From: a virus
Lineage: Duplodnaviria > Heunggongvirae > Uroviricota > Caudoviricetes
Length of the DNA stretch: 64,000 nucleotides
Virus record (IMG/VR): IMGVR_UViG_3300028888_001839
Location: 185,001 to 249,000 of that record
Strand: one strand, 5' to 3'
Shown here: piece by piece, positions 57,239-64,000 of the stretch
How positions within the stretch are numbered: position 1 is the first letter of the stretch
Layout: each line of letters starts with the position of its first letter
Position numbers and translations under genes: made by a program
Notes under the pieces: model-generated
The model's input: only the letters and a program-made list of their open reading frames with translations
What the model was told of the DNA's origin: nothing
Databases searched by the model: none

Positions 57239-58011
57239 AGAGAGTAATATTTATAGTAGTATCCTCGATTTGGGTTATGGGCATTGGCTATCCAACAAGA
57301 AGCAATGTAGGTGGAGCTCATATCTTACATGGAGCAACAGAAGATGAGCAAAAGTTCACTGTTTCTGACTATGTTCAAGATGGCCTTGTGGCGGTATGGG
57401 ACGGCATTGAAAATGCTGGGTGGGGTGTACATGACAGACAAGCAACAGAATGGAGAGAACTGATAAATGGGACTTATACTGTTCTTGGAAGGAAAGGATA
57501 TTTTGACGGAAATGCAATGTGTGTTCCATTAAGAAGTCAGATACCCCTTGTTTCCGTCCAATTTGATAATCTAACGGCAAGAACAATAGAATATTGTTTT
57601 GGCGATTTCGGTAACAACCTAAATATTGAGAGGAATTTCGTATACTTGGAAGATAACCGAAACAATAGTAGTTTCTCAATGCAACTGAATTGGGAGCGGA
57701 AATGGCGAATAACCACGAATGTGGCAGGTACGCATACCAAGGATATTTCTATGGAAGAGATTGGACCATTAGAACTTATAGACATGATGACTTATTCTTT
57801 TTCTCAAGGGCTTACCTCCAAAACCTATGTTAATGGTGTTTTTTCAAAAGAGCTCCTTAAAAGGCCATTTACTTCGTTCACAAGCATTGGACTTGGTTTG
57901 CGCACAGGAATGTCACAAAAGGCATATTGCATTAGAGTGTATGATAGAGTATTGACAGATGAGGAAATCGCCTTCAACCATGATATAGACGTAGAAAGGT
58001 TTGGCAATTAA
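57235..58011 (+). CDS. secreted LamG-like protein, family member 8
   Basis: DYVQDGLVAVWDGIENAGWG ... CIRVYDRVLTDEEIAFNHDIDVERFGN. Confidence 0.6.
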   Translation: MKRVIFIVVSSIWVMGIGYPTRSNVGGAHILHGATEDEQKFTVSDYVQDGLVAVWDGIENAGWGVHDRQATEWRELINGTYTVLGRKGYFDGNAMCVPLRSQIPLVSVQFDNLTARTIEYCFGDFGNNLNIERNFVYLEDNRNNSSFSMQLNWERKWRITTNVAGTHTKDISMEEIGPLELIDMMTYSFSQGLTSKTYVNGVFSKELLKRPFTSFTSIGLGLRTGMSQKAYCIRVYDRVLTDEEIAFNHDIDVERFGN

Positions 58012-58025
58012 GCCTGCTGCTTCCT

Positions 58026-58652
58026 TTAATTCTCGAAATCTATCTTACGTTTCGGGTTGTATTCAAACACCCTTTGGAAGGCATCAGATTTCAAAAAAGA
58101 TTCCGCAAGGTAAACCTTTTTCTTTATCAGTCCAAACATGGCAGTCTTTCTAATTATCTTCACATTGAGTTCTTTGTAGCATTCCGCACATAGTTCAAAA
58201 CAATATAAAGCACTCGTGTCTCTCTTAAACCCAAAGTCATAAGGGACATCATTCTCTACGAACTCCAAGGCTCGTTTAATAGCGAGAGTTTGTCCTCCAC
58301 TTGGGCGGAGGATGCAAATTCTGTCACATTCGCAGAAGTCAACAACGTTGATTTTGGAAACTCCTTTTGCGACTGCATGCACTATGGTATCGTCACCCAC
58401 ATAGATTGCTCCGTGAGAATAGTCGCCGGGGACGAACATTCCGTCGAGATACATGGAGAACCCTCTTAATATGACATCTCCCGGCTGGAGCAAGTTTCTA
58501 ACTTCAAGAATCTTTTCCCCAGGCATTGAGAAAACTGTAGGGTCATAAATAATAAAGAGCGGCCATTTGAATACCTTGATATTACCAAACCATGTTAGAA
58601 AGGTAGCCTGTAGCCGATAAAAGAACTTTTTCATGTCAATTATTTCCCTCAT
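58026..58652 (-). CDS. NlpC/P60-like (permuted papain fold) peptidase, candidate cell-wall hydrolase
   Basis: Only substantial minus-strand gene; GDVILRG...GDYSHGAIYVGDDTIVHA and a downstream Cys (CFELC) consistent with a permuted His/Cys papain-like fold. Confidence 0.5.
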   Translation of the reverse strand: MREIIDMKKFFYRLQATFLTWFGNIKVFKWPLFIIYDPTVFSMPGEKILEVRNLLQPGDVILRGFSMYLDGMFVPGDYSHGAIYVGDDTIVHAVAKGVSKINVVDFCECDRICILRPSGGQTLAIKRALEFVENDVPYDFGFKRDTSALYCFELCAECYKELNVKIIRKTAMFGLIKKKVYLAESFLKSDAFQRVFEYNPKRKIDFEN

Positions 58653-58723
58653 TGTGCCTAGTCATTGCCAAAACATTTCTTATGCAAAGGAAAAATAAAA
58701 ACAAAAAAATGTGAATACCCACT

Positions 58724-58752
58724 TGCCATGGCACAGTATTCGTGATATTATA
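58724..58752 (+). promoter_or_regulatory. candidate sigma70 promoter TTGCCA-17-TATTAT in the divergent intergenic region
   Basis: Position upstream of 58788 gene; weaker match than the conserved family. Confidence 0.3.
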
Positions 58753-58787
58753 GTATCTGTTCTGGGAAAAATAGGAAAGAAAAGCAA

Positions 58788-59336
58788 GTGGAAACTAAAG
58801 AATCTGAGAGTTTGGTAGATGTGTTCTCCTGCGAAAGGGTGACTCCGTGGTCTCTTGTTTATGATGCGGCAAGAGCTACGCAGGGCAAGCATATATCTCA
58901 TAAGGAGCCGACGGACGAATGGAAGCGTAAGGCGATGCTATCTCCTCATTCACCGATAAGATGTCTACAGTTCTTCATACAGATGAGAATACCATATTTT
59001 GTGTCAACCCATCTTGTGAGGCACAAGATAGGAATAGAAAACTTTGTAGGGTCACAAAGGAATGATAGGCAGGACAATTACGATAGAAGAGCAGCACGAC
59101 AGGACACTCCAGTTCTACATTCTATGCTAGTAAATGCAGATGAGCTTCGCTTTATATCTCGTAGAAGACTATGTATGCAAGCGGCAAAAGAAACCAGAAC
59201 AGTGTGGAAAGCCGTTGTGGATTCGATAGGAAAGATCGACCCTATAGTAGCAGAGTTCTGTCAGCCTGAGTGCTGGTGGACTGGCGAAAGATGCCCAGAA
59301 TTCAGACCTTGCGGTAAGTGCAAAGCGATGATGTGA
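58788..59336 (+). CDS. ThyX-like (FAD-dependent thymidylate synthase family) protein, short form
   Basis: SPHSPIRCLQFF...STHLVRHKIGIENFVGSQR resembles the ThyX RHRx7SxR signature region; only 182 aa. Confidence 0.45.
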   Translation: METKESESLVDVFSCERVTPWSLVYDAARATQGKHISHKEPTDEWKRKAMLSPHSPIRCLQFFIQMRIPYFVSTHLVRHKIGIENFVGSQRNDRQDNYDRRAARQDTPVLHSMLVNADELRFISRRRLCMQAAKETRTVWKAVVDSIGKIDPIVAEFCQPECWWTGERCPEFRPCGKCKAMM

Positions 59337-59354
59337 TTGTAAAGGAGAAACACG

Positions 59355-59981
59355 ATGGAAGAGACAACGGAGAAAAATCAAGAAACTGTAGCGGCGGATG
59401 CAAATGCAAATGATGCTGCAGGACGGCTTCGCGACGAGAAGGGACACTTCCTCCCTAATCCTGACAAGAAGCCGAAGAGAACACGCAAGCAGAAAGACGA
59501 TGCGAACACCGTGAAGATTCGCATAGTGAAGGATGAAGTTCCTGCACCAGACAAGGATTACGAGGGGCGGCTAGAGGACATGAAGGAACGGACCGCAACG
59601 AACTTCATTAAGTCTGTCTGTTATCACAAGCCTCGTGTCATCAACATAGATGGGCTTCGCTACTACTCGCAGGCTGTTGTAGAGAACCTGAAACAGAAAC
59701 TTACAGATGAGCGGCTAGATGGAATAAGAGGGTTGGAAACATTGAACAAGACAATGGAAGCTCTCAAGAAAACAAGTAAGACGCTGGAAGACTGTTTTGA
59801 TTCAGCGCAGAAAGTTCGCAGGTCTCGCTTCATATGGAGGTGCATAGCTATTGCATCTTTGGCAACATTGATTTCGTTTTGCATCACTAAAGCAATAGAT
59901 AAGCGCAATGCGGAAAGGGCAATCGCAAAAGCGCCAGTTATACAGATGCCCGAAATCGGGACTCAGGTCATATCGAAGTAG
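59355..59981 (+). CDS. hypothetical protein with C-terminal transmembrane helix
   Basis: 208 aa, basic/acidic N-terminal region, hydrophobic IAIASLATLISFCI near the C-terminus. Confidence 0.45.
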   Translation: MEETTEKNQETVAADANANDAAGRLRDEKGHFLPNPDKKPKRTRKQKDDANTVKIRIVKDEVPAPDKDYEGRLEDMKERTATNFIKSVCYHKPRVINIDGLRYYSQAVVENLKQKLTDERLDGIRGLETLNKTMEALKKTSKTLEDCFDSAQKVRRSRFIWRCIAIASLATLISFCITKAIDKRNAERAIAKAPVIQMPEIGTQVISK

Positions 59982-59988
59982 AAGGAAT

Positions 59989-60765
59989 ATGTCCGCCCCG
60001 CGAATAAATCCCCTGCTTATGTCGGCAGCGACTAGGGCCAATCTGGAGAGGGCTAAATCCCAGATTGGCAACCTAGTTGTCTGTCATGACAATCCACCAT
60101 CGAAGACCACTCCGAAACAAAGGGCGAAGAAGAAGACCCTCACTCCAGACATGGCAGCAAGTCTCGTGAAGTCAGTTAGGGTGTCGGAAGATGGGAATGA
60201 GGTTAAAATCATTCTGTCCGTCAATCCAGGTGCTATTCCTACTGCACAGGGCAAAGGTGCATTTGTAGACAAAGGTGGGCATGTACATTTCTTTACAAAG
60301 CCAAAGCAAAGAAAAGCAGAACAGACATTCCAAGCGGCACTCGAACCTTATGCTATTAAATCAGGGCGATGGGGAGAAGTGCCGATAGATCTTGATTTCA
60401 GGCTTTTCTTTCCATATCCAGAGAGCATGCCCAAGAAGTTCCGTCATAAGATTGGGCCTCATTGCAAGAAGCCAGATGGAGACAATGTATGCAAAGGCCT
60501 GATAGATAGCATGACCAGAGCCGGTTTCTGGAAGGACGATAGTTTCATCAATACCTATCACATTTACAAGAGATACACTACCGGCCCTTCTTGCATAGTA
60601 GTAAAGATCACAAATCTCCAGCCCAAATTCGATGCCCTGTATCGTGAAACGGAGGAACACGATGCACCAACTCTTTTCAATGCTTCAGCCGCCAAACCAG
60701 AAGAGACGAACCCTCTCTCTGACCTGATGGCTGACGGAGGCGAAACAATCTCACAGAAAGGTTAA
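59989..60765 (+). CDS. rusA: RusA-like Holliday junction resolvase with N-terminal extension
   Basis: C-terminal about 120 aa carry RusA-like acidic motifs (IDLDFRLFFPYP ... KKPDGDNVCKGLIDSMTRAGFWKDDSFI). Confidence 0.55.
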   Translation: MSAPRINPLLMSAATRANLERAKSQIGNLVVCHDNPPSKTTPKQRAKKKTLTPDMAASLVKSVRVSEDGNEVKIILSVNPGAIPTAQGKGAFVDKGGHVHFFTKPKQRKAEQTFQAALEPYAIKSGRWGEVPIDLDFRLFFPYPESMPKKFRHKIGPHCKKPDGDNVCKGLIDSMTRAGFWKDDSFINTYHIYKRYTTGPSCIVVKITNLQPKFDALYRETEEHDAPTLFNASAAKPEETNPLSDLMADGGETISQKG

Positions 60766-60848
60766 TCAACTTGGAGTGTTCAAGATGCTGCCTGCAGCCC
60801 GTAATATTTGCCTTCACCCAGGCGAACCTAGACAATTCGCTTGGGAGA

Positions 60849-61940
60849 ATGAAGACAAAGGAAATCATAGCCGCCGTTAACAATCTTAAGGTTGTTTTTA
60901 AGAGCGTCTGTGAGAAATGCCAAGGGCTTGACCTCAAGTCGCCAGACTTAATCGACAGGCTAAACAAAGAATGGGCGACTAGAATAGACGACCTTATCAA
61001 AGCCGCAGATAGCGATGCGGACAAGATGGAAGCGGTTATTGACGAACTACGTCAGGCATTTCAGGTCGTGTGCCTGACATGTTCTAGCGTCTCCAACGAC
61101 GATAATCCGTCGAATCATGGGCAGACTTTCGTTTCTCTCGATAGCGGGAACTGCCAAGCCAATTCTGGAAGGGCGAAGTCAACGCATACAGACGATAACG
61201 TTGTACTCTCTCGCGCAGACTGGATAGGGATGCATAGAGCGCCCGAAGTTGATGAGAAGGCCTATGGACATGCTCCAGACGTTAGTCTTATGATGAAGGA
61301 GGAGCCAGAGGCTTTTGAGAACAGCGAACACAAGACCTCTACAATGCTCCCCCCAGAGGTAGAGGATAGGCTGCGCAAGGAGTTCGCCAACTTCGTGTCG
61401 CTAGACATCATAGACAAACTGCTGTTGTCTTGCCTCATGTCTGGAATGAACATAGCGGAGTTCGCCAAGATGCTCTGGTTCCCATATTCGATTGTAGACC
61501 CAAAGACAAGAAAGGTCAAGTCGATTACCAAGCAGGCTGCCCATGCACGATGGATCAACATCTGCAAGAAGTTTCCCGTGTTCATGGCAATTGCGGTGTC
61601 TTCCAATCGTGACAAGAAATCTCTGGAGAAGTTCAAGAAGTTCATTCTGAATCCTAATTCTGAAGAGCCTTGCGACAAGTTCCAGAACGGCAAGCTATCG
61701 CCTGCCTACATCAAGGCGGAGAAACGAGCGGCGGCGAATGCGGAGAAAAAGAAGGATGAGCGGATTCGCAGGCTAGAGAATGAGGCCATGGCACTTCGCA
61801 AGGCGAACGAGACGCTTAAGGAGAAGCTTCACAAGGCAAAGGGAACGCAAGGGTTGAACATTACCGACGAAAGGCTTGTTGGTGGAATGCCTAAGAAGTC
61901 CAAGAAGGTAGACAACACGGGGATTCTCCCTGGGTTCTAA
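60849..61940 (+). CDS. hypothetical protein with C-terminal coiled coil
   Basis: ATG with GGGAGA RBS within ORF 60771-61940. Confidence 0.45.
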   Translation: MKTKEIIAAVNNLKVVFKSVCEKCQGLDLKSPDLIDRLNKEWATRIDDLIKAADSDADKMEAVIDELRQAFQVVCLTCSSVSNDDNPSNHGQTFVSLDSGNCQANSGRAKSTHTDDNVVLSRADWIGMHRAPEVDEKAYGHAPDVSLMMKEEPEAFENSEHKTSTMLPPEVEDRLRKEFANFVSLDIIDKLLLSCLMSGMNIAEFAKMLWFPYSIVDPKTRKVKSITKQAAHARWINICKKFPVFMAIAVSSNRDKKSLEKFKKFILNPNSEEPCDKFQNGKLSPAYIKAEKRAAANAEKKKDERIRRLENEAMALRKANETLKEKLHKAKGTQGLNITDERLVGGMPKKSKKVDNTGILPGF

Positions 61941-61977
61941 TGATTCCGCTTTCACAAACAAAACAAGGAGGCCAGGC

Positions 61978-62472
61978 ATGGCAAAAGTTAAGGACAAGAA
62001 GAAAGACGACATCAAGCTGGCGGTGCGGTATGCCGTATCCGTTCCAGAGAAGGACTTGATGACGCTCATCAAGGATAATGGGGCTATGGCATTGAGGATG
62101 TTCTGTTCAACTGTCAAGTCTATCAAGAAGAGCGGAAGAATACCGCAGGGGTTCTTCGACGACATCGGCAAGTTCACTGACATTCTCGAAAGCATGGCAA
62201 ACATTGCTTGGGATGTGCAGATGGAATGGGGAGAAGCATTGAAGAAGTATGCGGATGAGGGCAAGTCTCCTTCGGATGACTTGAACAAATGGAACCCGCC
62301 GAAGGTGACAACAAAGAAGCCGAGCCTTTCGTTGGAAGAGAAAGCCAAGGTTGAACGTCTGCGCAGGAAGGGCTTTACCATCAAGGACATTGGGAAGGAA
62401 CTTCACCGTGCGGAAAAGGTTGTTTCGGACTATGTGCATCTTCTGGAGAAGAAAACCAAGAAGCGGAGATAG
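61978..62472 (+). CDS. hypothetical protein with C-terminal HTH-like segment (possible small terminase or regulator)
   Basis: 164 aa; RRKGFTIKDIGKELHRAEKVVSDYV resembles an HTH. Confidence 0.4.
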   Translation: MAKVKDKKKDDIKLAVRYAVSVPEKDLMTLIKDNGAMALRMFCSTVKSIKKSGRIPQGFFDDIGKFTDILESMANIAWDVQMEWGEALKKYADEGKSPSDDLNKWNPPKVTTKKPSLSLEEKAKVERLRRKGFTIKDIGKELHRAEKVVSDYVHLLEKKTKKRR

Positions 62473-62563
62473 CATTTGGTCTCTTCCAAACCTACTAGGC
62501 GGCCGCTCCTTTCCAAAAGGGGCGGCTTTTGTTCGTCTTGGCATTTGCTAGGAGACTATCTCG

Positions 62564-63517
62564 ATGGAGACAATGGAAGAATTGAAAGCCCGGTTGAATA
62601 GGGTAATCGCCCAAAAGGACAGATATGGGGAAGCCCTTGGTAGCATTCTCGATGCAATAAGGCATGGGAGGTATAACGGTCTCTTTGAATCTGGGTATCG
62701 CTATGAGGAGAAAGACAAGACCGAATGTCCGCTTGGGATGAAGTACAAGGACATTAGGTGGAGCGGATGCCGCAAGGTGCTTTCCTGTCCAACCTACAGA
62801 TGCCCGATGACTTTCGAGATGAGACACCTCACGGAAGCATACCAGAAGGGGATGGAGGTTTGCGAGGAACAGGATGCGGCCAAGATTCCGTTCAATACGG
62901 ATGAGATTCCACCATATGAGCCCAAGAAGTATTACTACAAGGTCTCTAAAAGGTGGTTCGCAAAGGAGATGGTGCGGATTATACAGGCCATGAGACTAGG
63001 CACGGACAACAAGGATGTTGGAGGAAGTGTTGCACTCGGAAAGGCATATAAGAGGCTTGTAGGTTTCGGGATGGAATCCATAGGGATGAGAAAGGCATGG
63101 CTCGCTTTTCTTGCGATAGAGCATGAGGCAATAGATAAGGAGAAGAAAGGGAATACCTCGAGAGAGATTGAAGAATGGTTTGAGAAGAAGTGCGAAGAAC
63201 AAAAGCACTTCATGGCGGCTGCTTATGCGACACACAAGTTGTTCGAGAAGCGAGATAAGGTGAGTACGATGATTCGGAAATCTCCTTCAAGGGCATTGAG
63301 GTATCTGGTTCTATTCGCCCTTCTTACGATGACCGAATTTGATTTCTCGCACGAATATTCTGGTGCTGACTTGGGGGTGTATTCGGATGCTTTTAGTTTC
63401 ATGGGAAGGCTATGTCTGATTGCGGTTAAGGTCAAGCCTGAAGATAGGCTTGCAATCTTGGAGTTTGGAAACTCTGACGATGACGTAGACGATTTTAAGA
63501 TGATGCCTATCGAATAG
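62564..63517 (+). CDS. hypothetical protein
   Basis: 317 aa. Confidence 0.45.
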   Translation: METMEELKARLNRVIAQKDRYGEALGSILDAIRHGRYNGLFESGYRYEEKDKTECPLGMKYKDIRWSGCRKVLSCPTYRCPMTFEMRHLTEAYQKGMEVCEEQDAAKIPFNTDEIPPYEPKKYYYKVSKRWFAKEMVRIIQAMRLGTDNKDVGGSVALGKAYKRLVGFGMESIGMRKAWLAFLAIEHEAIDKEKKGNTSREIEEWFEKKCEEQKHFMAAAYATHKLFEKRDKVSTMIRKSPSRALRYLVLFALLTMTEFDFSHEYSGADLGVYSDAFSFMGRLCLIAVKVKPEDRLAILEFGNSDDDVDDFKMMPIE

Positions 63518-63537
63518 GAATTAACCAATGAGCTTTG

Positions 63538-64000
63538 CGAACCACAACATTCTCGACATAGCATTAAGCCTCATTCCGCCTACCCTCGTGCAGATTCGGA
63601 AGAATCTTGGAACAAAGGTAAACAAGTATGGTCAGATGGAGGCAACCTATGGGGAGTGGGTTGAAGTGTACGGCATCGTGCAGCCCGGAAGTGAGCAGAA
63701 CGAGCATACGGAAGGAGTTGACTTCTCCAAGAAGCATGTTACTATCTGGCTGCGTGGCATAGCCCTAGACGGCACTCATATCCAGTGGGCACCAGACCAG
63801 ATTAGGTATGTCGGCAAGATTTTCAACGTGATTGGGGTGAAGGACTGGTATCCTTACGACAACTACAAGGAGTGCGAGTGCGTAGAGGTTCTAAACCTAG
63901 ACGAGAGCCAGCGCGGACGGCTTGCCTCTATCGCACAGAAAGCAAAGAGACAGGCGAGGAAGCCCAAGGTGGACAAGGCACAGGATTCCGCCCAGCAGAT
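63538..64000 (+). CDS. hypothetical protein (N-terminal fragment, continues beyond window)
   Basis: Open frame from ATG 63538 to the window edge. Confidence 0.4.

Overview
This window reads as a segment of a large tailed phage or prophage genome, about 45% GC. Strong Shine-Dalgarno sites and sigma70-type promoters suggest a Firmicutes-like host rather than Bacteroidetes. Almost every gene is on the + strand.

Contents in order:
- RecE/YqaJ-like exonuclease plus a RecT recombinase that carries an in-frame intein (Hint + LAGLIDADG) at its conserved MAKK|T motif.
- HNH homing endonucleases.
- A portal-like protein and a Stealth-CR2-like protein.
- An RNA-gene-rich locus of about 8.4 kb (8650-17070): strong promoter, ~1.1 kb noncoding leader, 15 tightly packed tRNAs, a GC-rich ~250-nt element, then a ~1 kb array of 10 degenerate repeats interleaved with tRNA-like fragments. 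Two of the fragments have a circularly permuted architecture (3' half, linker, 5' half, with complementary acceptor strands). After that comes a GC-rich CDS with atypical codon usage and ~2.6 kb of further noncoding DNA.
- A replication and nucleotide-metabolism block: two metallophosphoesterases, DnaG-like primase, MFS transporter, NrdD-HNH-NrdG, dUTPase, DnaQ-like exonuclease, two DNA methyltransferases, ThyX-like protein, RusA.
- An RNA ligase, a DUF2829/Tad2-like protein and an SPFH/flotillin protein.
- A solo TnpB (IS605/IS1341-like) insertion.
- A secreted caspase-like lipoprotein.
- A tail/structural region containing eight tandem, diversified, secreted LamG-jellyroll paralogs, followed by an NlpC/P60-like peptidase on the minus strand.

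The most unusual material is the repeat/tRNA-fragment locus, the large noncoding regions flanking the tRNA array, and the LamG cassette.
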